From Rhabdochlamydiaceae bacterium (GTDB lineage Bacteria; Chlamydiota; Chlamydiia; Chlamydiales; Rhabdochlamydiaceae): a DNA stretch of 64,000 nucleotides. Below the pieces are notes generated by a model. The model had not been told where the DNA came from. It searched no databases and worked only from the letters and a program-made list of their open reading frames with translations. The DNA is taken from NCBI GenBank assembly GCA_019752555.1, contig JAIELY010000004.1:21844-85843 (forward strand), in the 5' to 3' direction. Positions 50,431 through 60,087 of this stretch are shown piece by piece (positions within the stretch are counted from its first letter, which is position 1; each line of letters opens with the position of its first letter). Position numbers and translations under genes: made by a program.

Positions 50431-51222
50431 ATGTCGCCATTAGAAGCATTCATTATCGGACTATTACAAGGAATCACAGAATTTCTCCCTGTGAGCTCAT
50501 CTGCTCATTTAAAACTTGCTAAACTCATGTTTGGAATTGAAAGCTCTGAATCGCAAGTTGTGTTCGATCTGATGTGCCACTTTGGAACTCTAATCGCAGT
50601 GCTCAGTTTTTTCCAGAAAGAAATTTACGCTCTATTTACCATTGAAAGGAAAAAGCTTAAGCTATTATGCATCGCAACGCTTCCTCTTGCCCCCTGCTAT
50701 TTTCTGCTTAAACCACTAAGAGACTTTGCCTCCACTCCGCAATACCTCGGCCTATGCGTGATCCTCACCTCTTTCATCCTTTTTCTTGGAGAAAAGTGGC
50801 GTGTGCGCGATCAGCGCAAAGCGACATTTAAAAGAGATCTCAAAGATGTTCTTCTCATTGGCACCATGCAGGCAAGCGCTCTTATCCCAGGAATTTCGCG
50901 CAGCGCATCCACCATTTCCTGCGCTCGAGTTCTGGGATGGAAAGCAAAAGATGCTGTCGGCTTCTCCTTTTTGTTATCCATTCCGACAATCATAGGCGGC
51001 AATTGCCTAGAACTGTTAAAAATCACCCTTTCTCGTCATGCTTCGATTCAAATTCCTTTGAGCACTTGTCTTATCGGTCTTTTCACCTCGTGCGCAGTTG
51101 GCCTTTTGATGGTGCGCATCGCTCTTAGCTTTTTAGAAAAAGGGAATTTAAAACCCTTTGCATGGTATTGCTTATGTGCAGGGACACTAATGTATTTCTA
51201 CCTTAATTTTTTCCGAGGATAG
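50431..51222 (+). CDS. uppP: Undecaprenyl-diphosphate phosphatase
   Basis: GLLQGITEFLPVSSSAHL and IPGISRSAST, the BacA/UppP signature motifs. Confidence 0.92.
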   Translation: MSPLEAFIIGLLQGITEFLPVSSSAHLKLAKLMFGIESSESQVVFDLMCHFGTLIAVLSFFQKEIYALFTIERKKLKLLCIATLPLAPCYFLLKPLRDFASTPQYLGLCVILTSFILFLGEKWRVRDQRKATFKRDLKDVLLIGTMQASALIPGISRSASTISCARVLGWKAKDAVGFSFLLSIPTIIGGNCLELLKITLSRHASIQIPLSTCLIGLFTSCAVGLLMVRIALSFLEKGNLKPFAWYCLCAGTLMYFYLNFFRG

Positions 51223-51226
51223 TTCG

Positions 51227-53599
51227 ATGGGTAAAGCCACTTCAGAAAAACAGAAACTCAGCGTGCATTCAGAAGGCAAGGGGCTCATCTTCATCGGCGG
51301 CGCATTGATGATCCTTCTATGCCTTCTTAGTTTTCAAATGGATGATCCCTCCAAAAACTGGCTAGGATTAATTGGATGGAGCATCGCCTTTGGATTGAAT
51401 TGGGCGTTTGGATTGAGCTCTTACCTCATTGTCTGTTTTTTAGGATGGCTAGGATGGCAATGGCTGCTCGGCCGTGAAATTCCCAATTTTACTTCAAAGC
51501 TCATCTATTTTTCTTTGGGTTTAATCTCCTGTAGTTTACTGCTCAATCTCATCGCAGAAAAAATGGGGCCTCTCATTTCGGGCCTCGAGCAAAAAATCTA
51601 TGCCGAATCCCTTTTTTTTGAACTGCCCTATCCCCACCGCACGACCCGTTATAACTTAGGGGGCGTGCCTTTTTATTACCTCTACTGCGATATGCCGACA
51701 TTTCATCTACAAAGACTTTTAAGCGATGTGGGAATTGCCATCACCTTTTCAATCACAGCTCTTTTCTCCTTCCTGCTTCTCACAGAAATGCGGATCTTGC
51801 CGTTTCTCAAAGCTCTCTATGTCCAAACGAAAAGATTAAAATCCTCTTGGATGGAAAAACAACAAATAGATGAAGAGCCTAAATCGTTTTCCTCTATGCA
51901 GGAAAGATCTGCAGAAGAAATTGAAAACACTCTTACAAAACGCGTTCCACAGCCCCTATATCAGCCGCGCAAAGAAAAAGAAATCGAGCCGAAAATCCGC
52001 ACGATGCACGACAGAGAATCCAAAGCTCCCCATTCGGACAATAAGCCGCCCGAGCGCAACAAACGTCAATCCGCCCTCAATGCTCAGAGACTTGCAAATG
52101 GGGATTTTACGACCTATCAGCTTCCACCGCCCTCGCTTCTTAATCTGCCCAAAAAAGTCGACATGCCTCTATTGAAAAAAGAACTCAAGCGGCAAGCGGA
52201 AATCTTAGAAGAGACACTGCTTAGCTTCGGCATCGAAGCAAAAGTGGGAGAAATCAATTGCGGTCCTACCATTACTTCATTTGAAGTGCATCCCGCAATT
52301 GGAGTAAAGGTCCAGAAAATCAAAACTCTCGAGAACGATATTGCCCTGAATTTACAAGCAAAATCGATCCGGATCATCGCTCCTATTCCCGGAAAAGCTG
52401 CCGTCGGTGTTGAGATCCCTTCGATCTATCCACAGGAAGTAAGCTTCAAAGAGCTTTTACTGAATTATCAACAAAACCCACGCAAGATGTTCATCCCGCT
52501 GCTGCTTGGAAAAACAGTAGGCGGAGAGAATGTCATCAGCGATTTGGCAAAAATGCCCCACTGCTTGATTGCAGGCGCGACAGGCTCTGGTAAGTCGGTT
52601 TGTATCAATACGATCATCATGTCCATCTTGATGAATGCACGGCCCGATGAGGTTAAGCTCGTCATGATCGACCCGAAAAAAGTCGAGCTGACCCCGTATA
52701 CGAATCTCCCGCACATGATCGCCCCTGTCATCACAGAAGCCCATGGAGCCTATTCCGCGCTCAACTGGCTTGTGAAGGAGATGCAAACCCGCTATGAAAT
52801 CTTAAAACAGCTGGGCGTACGAAATATCAGCGCCTTTAATAACAGACAAATCAATGCAGAATTTGAAGCTGCGCTCAGCCTTCCAATCCCCGTTAAAATG
52901 CACGGAATTGTCGCGATCATCGACGAATTTGCCGATCTCATGATGGCATCAAGCTCCGACCTAGAAACTCCGATCGCCCGCATCGCGCAGATGGCAAGAG
53001 CTGTCGGCATCCATCTGGTTTTAGCGACCCAACGCCCGTCCCGCGAGGTGATTACAGGTCTGATTAAAGCCAACTTCCCCACACGCATCGCGTTCAAAGT
53101 CGCAAGCCGGATTAACTCCCAGATCATCTTAGATGAACCGGGCGCAGACAGCCTGCTCGGCAATGGCGATATGCTCTTCCTTCCCCCAGGAACATCCACC
53201 TTGATGCGCGCACAAGGCGCCTACATCAGCGATGAAGAGATCGTAAAGGTCGTTAACTTTATCTGCGATCAAGCTCCCCCTAGCTTTCAAATCGAATCTT
53301 TCGATAAGATGAAATTAGAAGACAATCTTGACTCTCTCGGGGGCGAGGACACCGCCCGCGATAGCATGTATGATCAGGCATACTCGATTGTCGTCGATAC
53401 GAAAACCGCTTCGACTACATTTTTACAGAGAAAACTCAAAATTGGTTACGCAAGGGCGGCATCACTCATGGATGAGCTAGAATCCAAAGGAGTCATCTCT
53501 CCTCAAGAAGGAGCAAAACCACGCCGTATCCTGGTGGACAGCCCGATGCTGCCTAAGAAGACAAACACTTATGACAAACAGGAAGAGCTCTTTGACTAA
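51227..53599 (+). CDS. ftsK: DNA translocase FtsK
   Basis: N-terminal TM helices, a basic/acidic linker, a motor domain with IAGATGSGKS (Walker A) and AIIDEFADLM (Walker B), and a C-terminal winged-helix gamma domain (FLQRKLKIGYARAASLMDELE). Confidence 0.93.
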   Translation: MGKATSEKQKLSVHSEGKGLIFIGGALMILLCLLSFQMDDPSKNWLGLIGWSIAFGLNWAFGLSSYLIVCFLGWLGWQWLLGREIPNFTSKLIYFSLGLISCSLLLNLIAEKMGPLISGLEQKIYAESLFFELPYPHRTTRYNLGGVPFYYLYCDMPTFHLQRLLSDVGIAITFSITALFSFLLLTEMRILPFLKALYVQTKRLKSSWMEKQQIDEEPKSFSSMQERSAEEIENTLTKRVPQPLYQPRKEKEIEPKIRTMHDRESKAPHSDNKPPERNKRQSALNAQRLANGDFTTYQLPPPSLLNLPKKVDMPLLKKELKRQAEILEETLLSFGIEAKVGEINCGPTITSFEVHPAIGVKVQKIKTLENDIALNLQAKSIRIIAPIPGKAAVGVEIPSIYPQEVSFKELLLNYQQNPRKMFIPLLLGKTVGGENVISDLAKMPHCLIAGATGSGKSVCINTIIMSILMNARPDEVKLVMIDPKKVELTPYTNLPHMIAPVITEAHGAYSALNWLVKEMQTRYEILKQLGVRNISAFNNRQINAEFEAALSLPIPVKMHGIVAIIDEFADLMMASSSDLETPIARIAQMARAVGIHLVLATQRPSREVITGLIKANFPTRIAFKVASRINSQIILDEPGADSLLGNGDMLFLPPGTSTLMRAQGAYISDEEIVKVVNFICDQAPPSFQIESFDKMKLEDNLDSLGGEDTARDSMYDQAYSIVVDTKTASTTFLQRKLKIGYARAASLMDELESKGVISPQEGAKPRRILVDSPMLPKKTNTYDKQEELFD

Positions 53600-53606
53600 C
53601 GACCCA

Positions 53607-53906
53607 ATGACATCAGATAAAACCCAAGAAAAAAACGAGATCGATCAGCAATTGCTCCCTCGGCTTAAACTAATGGGATATATTCTTCTTGTGTTTAGCC
53701 TCTGCGCCATCGGCTATTCATTTTTCGAAGAATCCTCTTCAGAATTGACTGAAGTGGAAACACTGGAAGAAGAATTCGAAGAGAGTCTCAAAGTCCGCTA
53801 CTTCAACTCCTACATCGTCGCAAGCAGCTTCATCACTGTCGGCTCTGCCCTTTTCCTGTGCGCCTGGCAAAAACAACGCTCTTTCCGCTCTCAACAAAAA
53901 AAGTAA
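53607..53906 (+). CDS. Small two-TM membrane protein, hypothetical
   Basis: LMGYILLVFSLCAIGYSFF and YIVASSFITVGSALFLCAW are separated by an acidic stretch. The start is uncertain: the ORF-track start at 53571 overlaps ftsK, and the ATG at 53607 lies just after the ftsK stop. Confidence 0.4.
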   Translation: MTSDKTQEKNEIDQQLLPRLKLMGYILLVFSLCAIGYSFFEESSSELTEVETLEEEFEESLKVRYFNSYIVASSFITVGSALFLCAWQKQRSFRSQQKK

Positions 53907-53956
53907 TATCTTTTTTTTCAGTCCCTGATAACATGAAGCAAAAAGCTTAAGTTTTC

Positions 53957-55288
53957 ATGGCGCAAAAAAAACACAAAATCCTCATTGCAGACGCAGACAG
54001 AAAACTCCATCGACAGCTGCGCGCGCATAAAGACGCCAATCAATACCAGATCGAATCGGCATACACCGGCCATGACTGTCTGAAAAAAATCGATCATTTC
54101 AAGCCAGACCTCATTCTGATTGATCTTCTTCTGCCTCAAATTCATGGAATCGAAATCTTACGCAAAGTTAAAACCGATCCTCGCACAAATCAAGTCGGCG
54201 TCTTTATCCTTTGCGCAAACGTCATGATCCAAAACTACCACTCAGCCATCAAACAAAAAGCCGATGACTTTATCGAAAAGCCCTTTGATCTGCCCGCTCT
54301 CTTTACATGCATCCACCAGTTTTTCACTGGCACACTAACCCCGACACTACATACCGCACTCGATTTCGAAAAAGAAGGCAAACACTGCTACTTACCCAAA
54401 CTCCACGCCTCTGGCTCGTATCTCAAATTCTGGGGCACGCGCGGCTCCAATCCCGTCTCAGGCCCCGATTACGTCAGATTCGGCGGAAACACCTGCTGTC
54501 TCGAAGTGCGCCATGGATCCGATCTTCTCGTTTTCGACGCCGGAACAGGCATCCGCCCCTTCGGCACCGTCTTAGAAGCTTCACGCCCTAAAAACGTGCA
54601 TCTCTTTTTTAGCCATACCCACTGGGACCACCTGGCTGGATTTCCTTTTTTTCCGCCCATCTACGATCCCGAATGCACCGTCACCATCTATAGTCCGATT
54701 GGCTTTGAAAAAACCACACGTGAGATTTTCACCGAAATGCTCGCCTATGCCTACTTTCCCGTAAGGCTCGATGAAATGCGCGCCAAATTAATCTTTAAAG
54801 ATTTGCACGAAGGAGAGGTTTTAGAAATCAATAATTTCGAGGTGAACACCCACTACGCCTATCATCCAGGAGCCACTCTGTGCTTTAAAATCCGATCCAA
54901 TAAAGTCACGTTCGGATACGTCACCGATAATGAACTGCTCATGGGCTATCATGGAAATCCCAGTTTACTTGGGAAAACCAATCCCATCCTCGCACCCTAT
55001 CTCAGCCAGATCAAATTTTTTGAAGGGTGCGACTTCATTATTCATGAAGCTCAATACACCCCCCAAGAATACCTTGAAAAAGTAGGCTGGGGCCACTCTT
55101 CGATTGTCAATGCGACAGCTCTCATTAAACACGCCTCAATCCCTGAATGGATCATCACCCATCACGATCCCAGGCATACCGACCAGGAGCTGCTCAAAAA
55201 AATGCAGATGCAATTCGATATTCTCGACGACTGTAAAGTCAAATGCAGGGCTAGGCTGGCATTCGACGGGATGATTATTCCGTTGTGA
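53957..55288 (+). CDS. Response-regulator receiver domain fused to a metallo-beta-lactamase-fold hydrolase domain
   Basis: REC: KILIADADRKL...KPDLILIDLLLPQIHGIEILRKVK...ILCANV...FIEKPF. MBL: FFSHTHWDHLAGFP (HxHxDH), a later IIHEAQY, and WGHSS...ITHHDP. Confidence 0.8.
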   Translation: MAQKKHKILIADADRKLHRQLRAHKDANQYQIESAYTGHDCLKKIDHFKPDLILIDLLLPQIHGIEILRKVKTDPRTNQVGVFILCANVMIQNYHSAIKQKADDFIEKPFDLPALFTCIHQFFTGTLTPTLHTALDFEKEGKHCYLPKLHASGSYLKFWGTRGSNPVSGPDYVRFGGNTCCLEVRHGSDLLVFDAGTGIRPFGTVLEASRPKNVHLFFSHTHWDHLAGFPFFPPIYDPECTVTIYSPIGFEKTTREIFTEMLAYAYFPVRLDEMRAKLIFKDLHEGEVLEINNFEVNTHYAYHPGATLCFKIRSNKVTFGYVTDNELLMGYHGNPSLLGKTNPILAPYLSQIKFFEGCDFIIHEAQYTPQEYLEKVGWGHSSIVNATALIKHASIPEWIITHHDPRHTDQELLKKMQMQFDILDDCKVKCRARLAFDGMIIPL

Positions 55289-56057
55289 AAGAGAAGCTGC
55301 GGCTGATCTGATCTTGCAACGCGATAGAAACCTCTGTTTTACCTCCGAGCTGCAAAAGCTTATTCTCCACAATTTTTAAAGCAAGATCAAACGAGTTGCA
55401 CTCGCTAGACAAATGCGCAAGATGCACATGCTTGAGCCCAGGATGGTAAATGCGCTCGAGCAATTCTGCGCACTGCTCATTCGACAAATGCCCCTGGCGG
55501 CTGAGCACCCTTTGTTTATACACAGCAGGACGCGAAGAGGCGTGAACCATCTCAGGCTGATGGTTAGCTTCAAGGTAGAGATAATCGCACTCTTTAAGCT
55601 GATTTGCTACAAGCGTTGTTGCAAATCCTAAATCCGCACAAAATCCCAGCTTTAGCCCGCACGCGCGCAATGTAAATGCCACTGGATCTACCGCATCGTG
55701 CTGAATGCTAAACGGGTGCACCTCGATATCCCCATACTCGAAGGTCTCGCCTGTCGAAAAGATTTTAAGCTTTAGCTCTTCATCAATGAGTCCTAAAAGA
55801 GCTTTTGCTGTATCGCTATTAGCAAGCACAGGAATCCTGTAACGAGAACTCAAAACACCAAGCGCGCGAATATGGTCTGAGTGCTCATGGGTCACTAAAA
55901 TCGCATCGATCTTACGAATATCAACACCGATCTTCGCAAGGCGCTCTGTAATCATCTTTCCACTTAAACCTGCATCGATCAGAATCTTTGTTGTTGAGGT
56001 TCCGATGTAAATGCAATTGCCTTTCGATCCCGAGGCTAAAGGACAAAATCCAATCAT
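55275..56057 (-). CDS. Metallo-beta-lactamase-fold hydrolase (YycJ/WalJ-like)
   Basis: LASGSKGNCIYIG, ILVTHEHSDHI (HxHxDH) and a late HLSNE. Its 3' end overlaps the convergent REC-MBL gene by 14 nt. Confidence 0.8.
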   Translation of the reverse strand: MIGFCPLASGSKGNCIYIGTSTTKILIDAGLSGKMITERLAKIGVDIRKIDAILVTHEHSDHIRALGVLSSRYRIPVLANSDTAKALLGLIDEELKLKIFSTGETFEYGDIEVHPFSIQHDAVDPVAFTLRACGLKLGFCADLGFATTLVANQLKECDYLYLEANHQPEMVHASSRPAVYKQRVLSRQGHLSNEQCAELLERIYHPGLKHVHLAHLSSECNSFDLALKIVENKLLQLGGKTEVSIALQDQISRSFSFTTE

Positions 56058-56337
56058 GTATGCGCTCCGTCATTTTGGACCAGTGTTGTACCAAGAGTGA
56101 CACCTCGATGCAACAAAAAACCCATTTGCACTTAACCGCTCAGAACAACACAATACAAACTATCTAAAATGCAACTTCATTTAATAGATGAAGCTGAAAA
56201 AAACAAAAGAGTTTGACAAAATATACATCAAATAAATTATAAAAAGAAATACAGCACCAGACACTCTTATTTGCAACATTAGACAAAGAACAAAACGAAA
56301 TACAAGACAGTTAAACTAAAAAAACAAAGGCAAAACT

Positions 56338-56706
56338 ATGATTAGATCAGGAGAAGAGATTTTGGCGGACATCGACGCGACTCTTGATCAGCTCATCCGC
56401 AATGCACAAACGCTTGAGACAGTCATTCCAGATACATTTTTTGCAAATGAGCTTCAAGCATTGCAAAAAACACAAGAGAGCTTACTTGCAAGACTTTTAC
56501 ACATGAATGCTCTTTTAGATGAAGATCAGAAAAAACAGCGCGCCGACAAAGATCCTGAAAAGTACGTTGCTGTGGAGAAAAAGGTAGAAAGATTCGGAAA
56601 ATTAACAGCCCAAATCATCCGCACGATCGCAGACGATTTTAAGCGCGTTAAAAACCGCAATGCACAAAAGCCAAGAATTGGCCGAAACCGAAAAAAGCTG
56701 TACTAA
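56338..56706 (+). CDS. Hypothetical 122-aa protein (helical, basic C-terminal tail)
   Basis: An ORF after a 280-nt AT-rich intergenic region, with an A-rich leader and a weak SD (AAAGG). I recognise no family. Its 3' end overlaps the next gene by 4 nt in convergent orientation. Confidence 0.45.
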   Translation: MIRSGEEILADIDATLDQLIRNAQTLETVIPDTFFANELQALQKTQESLLARLLHMNALLDEDQKKQRADKDPEKYVAVEKKVERFGKLTAQIIRTIADDFKRVKNRNAQKPRIGRNRKKLY

Positions 56707-57719
56707 CGCAGCGCGTAGGGAACAAAATAAATATCTCTACTTATTTGTGTTTCCGAGTCGCTTGCTATAGGCAGATCTTGAAAAACAGCCTTCAACTTAT
56801 TGAATAGAGCTGCGCTTTGATTCCCCCCCTTAATTTCGGTCACTCCTTCATTCGGATCGAAAAAATAACCCAATTCATCAGAAATCTTGATCCATGCAGT
56901 GGCATGGAAAGGAAGCCCAATTTTATAAGCACCAGGAGGCAGCGACTCTAACTGGTATTGATTGATTACTTTCTGAGTAGAGTGGAGATCGTTTGCACAA
57001 AATCTCAACACATCAGGGAAATAGCACTTTGAAAATGCGCTGCGCATTCCGTTTTTCAATCCCAAAATTTTCCCATTGCGCACGTAAATACTCTGCAATA
57101 ATGTGGCTTCTGCCGGCCCCCCTTTTTTAAAGCGCCGAGCTAAGGCCTTCATATGCTGCTGCGAGTCAGAACATTGAGCGCGCGTTTTAAGATACAGCTT
57201 TAAAAACCAATCGACCTCTCCGCGGCAAATCCCCCCAACATGTCCAAACTTAAGTTGAGATTTAGGAGAAAAGAGCCGCTTTTTTAACTTTGGATCCACG
57301 ACAGGAATCGGATCTAATTGATTATAAATGCTTGCTTTTTCATTGGGACGATTGATCGTTTTTCCAACCAGTTTGAATGTAGAAGGAACAGAAAGATCAG
57401 AATTTTTCCCCTCTAACGACAAAGATTTACCTCTTAGATAAATTGCAAGAGATTCGCATCCGCAGAAAGAAAAAAAATACGCAAGTTCACTGAAAATCAA
57501 AGCCACCATCTTAAGGCAGCCTGAGGTTAACGAATGGCAGACACTCCATCGTCCTTGCAAATTCCTCTCTTGAGGCACGCGTTCTGCAACAGGCATTTTC
57601 TTCTGGCAGGCAAGCACTTTACCAATCGCTTTATCCCCTCTTAGAAAATACTCAACACCCTCATAAGTGCTCAAAAAATCTGCGACAGAATGATAAAATC
57701 GTTCAGCAGAACTGCTCAT
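56703..57719 (-). CDS. YopT/peptidase-C58-like cysteine protease candidate (paralog A)
   Basis: GGICRGEVDWFLK (Cys codon 57225-57227), LPFHATAWIKISDELGYFFDPNEG (His 56904-56906, Asp 56856-56858). Cys-to-His is 107 aa and His-to-Asp is 16 aa. The ATG at 57719 is preceded by AAGGAG; the ORF track extends to a GTG at 57761. It is a paralog of 60088-61047. Confidence 0.6.
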   Translation of the reverse strand: MSSSAERFYHSVADFLSTYEGVEYFLRGDKAIGKVLACQKKMPVAERVPQERNLQGRWSVCHSLTSGCLKMVALIFSELAYFFSFCGCESLAIYLRGKSLSLEGKNSDLSVPSTFKLVGKTINRPNEKASIYNQLDPIPVVDPKLKKRLFSPKSQLKFGHVGGICRGEVDWFLKLYLKTRAQCSDSQQHMKALARRFKKGGPAEATLLQSIYVRNGKILGLKNGMRSAFSKCYFPDVLRFCANDLHSTQKVINQYQLESLPPGAYKIGLPFHATAWIKISDELGYFFDPNEGVTEIKGGNQSAALFNKLKAVFQDLPIASDSETQISRDIYFVPYALR

Positions 57720-57860
57720 TGATTTCTTCTCCTTGTGTGGATTCCAACTACTAAAACACACTGGAACATTTTTTTAAATTTTTTTTCAACGCACACGATT
57801 AACTCTAAATTCCTGTCGATTATAAATAAAAAAAACAAAAACATCAATTAACATAAATTA

Positions 57861-57889
57861 TTGACCGATTTCATTCTTTTACACATACT
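57861..57889 (+). promoter_or_regulatory. Candidate promoter, TTGACC-N17-CATACT
   Basis: TTGACC at 57861-57866 and CATACT at 57884-57889, about 37 nt upstream of the ATG at 57926, which has SD AAAAGGAG. Confidence 0.3.
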
Positions 57890-57925
57890 CATGGCCTTTC
57901 TCAAAACCTTAAAAGGAGAACAGTT

Positions 57926-59158
57926 ATGGCTGCTACAGTCTCTTCCTCACAAGCGCCTACGACAAAAGTTTACTTTAACTTACAGACCTCTTCAGAGGAA
58001 TCGATATGGAATTGCATTAACATTATTTCGCAAAACAACAGGTCAGCAACAAATTCAATTCAATCCGTTATCAAAAAAATCGATCAGCGAACGTTTAACT
58101 TAACAAGTCTGGATGTTGATCCCCGCATTAGAAAACTCCTCGATAGATTATGCCGCCATGCGCATCACTTAAAAAAACTCGACGAGTCATTTCTTAAGAG
58201 CCTTCAAGAAACACCTCCTATCATCTGGAATACGAAGTGTGTAAAACCCTATTTCACAATCAGCCAAGAAATTCATCAAGTCACAGTGCCCTTAATTGTC
58301 CTATTTTTACAGGATCTCAAAGCAAAAAAACCTCTATCAAAGACACATGAGGTTGCTATCGCACCCTCTGATACAGAATCATTCAGTTCTCTTTTAGAAA
58401 AATGCTGTTGCAACCTCCAGCAAGCAAAAGAGACACACAGACGATTCTTACATACGTTGGAAAAACTTCCCGCTTTTAATGAAACCGCTTTTAAACAAAC
58501 AACGGTACAATTCAAATTCCCACAAGATACGCTTCCGACAATTTCTAAAAGTAAACTAACTGACCTCATTAGCCGCCTGGAAAAAAATGAGCATTTAACT
58601 TGGAAAACAGGGCTCACAGAGATTGCTTACCTGGCCAAGTGGATGATCCAATCAGATCCATCTCTTTCTTCCAACACATCTGAAGCCTTGATTTTTTCTC
58701 AAGCCGCCATTCAACATCCCACTGCATTACTCAACATTCTTAAAAAGTGTTTATATACCATAGACACTTACTATCCATCCTTGAGCACAAGCTCCAGCCC
58801 CTCTTCTTCTCAACCCTCTGTATTTCCAGACACACCTTGCAAGTTAAAAATAGGCACTCGCAGCTTTTCTGTGCCCACAACACAATCATTCCATCTTAAT
58901 GACACCAAGTTAAATCTACTCAAATCTGTTTACGAAAAACTATCTAGAGCAGATCAAACAGCCGATGTGCATACGCAAACAACCCCAGAAGAGCGTCAAC
59001 GGATCTACGATATGATCGACTGGCTCCACGGCTATGAAGATCCCGAAATTGTCACGGATACTGCAAGAGATGACTATAAGCAATATTATCAATACAACAT
59101 TCCCAAGCTATTAAAGGCGCTTAAAATCACTCTAATGACTCATGGTCAAATGTCATAA
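57926..59158 (+). CDS. Hypothetical 410-aa protein (orphan, candidate effector)
   Basis: Strong SD, a hairpin terminator downstream, a Ser/Thr-rich N-terminus MAATVSSSQAPTTK, and an internal Ser-rich stretch LSTSSSPSSSQPS. I recognise no family. Confidence 0.6.
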   Translation: MAATVSSSQAPTTKVYFNLQTSSEESIWNCINIISQNNRSATNSIQSVIKKIDQRTFNLTSLDVDPRIRKLLDRLCRHAHHLKKLDESFLKSLQETPPIIWNTKCVKPYFTISQEIHQVTVPLIVLFLQDLKAKKPLSKTHEVAIAPSDTESFSSLLEKCCCNLQQAKETHRRFLHTLEKLPAFNETAFKQTTVQFKFPQDTLPTISKSKLTDLISRLEKNEHLTWKTGLTEIAYLAKWMIQSDPSLSSNTSEALIFSQAAIQHPTALLNILKKCLYTIDTYYPSLSTSSSPSSSQPSVFPDTPCKLKIGTRSFSVPTTQSFHLNDTKLNLLKSVYEKLSRADQTADVHTQTTPEERQRIYDMIDWLHGYEDPEIVTDTARDDYKQYYQYNIPKLLKALKITLMTHGQMS

Positions 59159-59169
59159 CGGATGAAAAG

Positions 59170-59199
59170 ACACTGCAGGGGAAAATTCTCCTGCAGTGT
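59170..59199. terminator. Bidirectional rho-independent terminator
   Basis: ACACTGCAGG (59170-59179) pairs with CCTGCAGTGT (59190-59199): a 10-bp stem. It is followed by TTTT on the plus strand and by CTTTTC on the minus strand. Confidence 0.75.
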
Positions 59200-59205
59200 T
59201 TTAGA

Positions 59206-60012
59206 CTAACGGATATCGGGCAGAACTCTATCTGAAAGCGGTTGCACATGACTTACCACATGCGAAATCCACTCCTTAATTTCAGGCTGGCTCGCTTCAC
59301 CAAACCACATTCCAAACTGAATATTTTCTTGAGGGGAATTTGCCTGGCTCATCCGGATGGCAAAAGCAAATTGCTTACCTTGGGTGTCATTAAAGAGATA
59401 GTAGGCTCCGACAAGCTCGCTTTCGATCGACCGACTCTTCAGCGGACAGTCAAAAAGATGCACTGGATAATGAGCCTGTTCCGCCTGATAAATGTCCAAA
59501 GCCTCTTGAGGGCGTTTATTAGCCCCTTCCGCATTGGGATAGACAATGTAGAGATCCCCGCCCTCGCGTAAAAAATCTCGAACGCTTGTCGCCCGGGCCT
59601 TGACTGTCGACATAGAATTCGAATCCACTGCGACAGAGGGATGAACAACACCTTCTGGAATGGCATCATCTGTAATACATAGAGGCGTGGCTGGCATAGG
59701 AGTATGGATCACTCCGCTCAAATTGCAGATCTCACCGCGTCTTAATTTTTCAGAGAGAATATGCTCAACAATCCTCTGTAAATTCACATAAGGCCTAACC
59801 TTGGGATCTGAATCCACAAGTTCAACAACCCCTTTTTCAACAAGCGTCATCCAAACACTCTCTAGAGCGTCTTTAGAGGCTGAAAATTCAGTTGTCTTAA
59901 GTGCAGAAGAAACCCCCTGACTGATTTGCTGAACCAACGGATCTTTATCTAAATGAGCTCTGAACACAGGAGACTCTACTCCTGATGAAACGGGAGAGGA
60001 TGAAACGGCCAT
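59206..60012 (-). CDS. Hypothetical 268-aa protein (orphan, candidate effector)
   Basis: The ATG at 60012 is preceded by AAGGAA. The N-terminus is MAVSSSPVSSGVESPVF. The ORF-track start at 60081 is a TTG. I recognise no family. Confidence 0.55.
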   Translation of the reverse strand: MAVSSSPVSSGVESPVFRAHLDKDPLVQQISQGVSSALKTTEFSASKDALESVWMTLVEKGVVELVDSDPKVRPYVNLQRIVEHILSEKLRRGEICNLSGVIHTPMPATPLCITDDAIPEGVVHPSVAVDSNSMSTVKARATSVRDFLREGGDLYIVYPNAEGANKRPQEALDIYQAEQAHYPVHLFDCPLKSRSIESELVGAYYLFNDTQGKQFAFAIRMSQANSPQENIQFGMWFGEASQPEIKEWISHVVSHVQPLSDRVLPDIR

Positions 60013-60087
60013 AGTTTTTTCCTTATCTATAGGGTTGATAACGACAAGGGAAAAACATACTCCTAAGGCGATTAATTGCAAATTAAA

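Noticed and set aside
56150-56215. Imperfect hairpin (CAACTTCAT...ATGAAGCTG) and a TTGACA hexamer in the AT-rich spacer upstream of 56338
   Set aside because: The stem has a mismatch and is on the wrong side of both genes to act as a terminator. The TTGACA lacks a good -10 at 16-18 nt and sits about 125 nt from the ATG.
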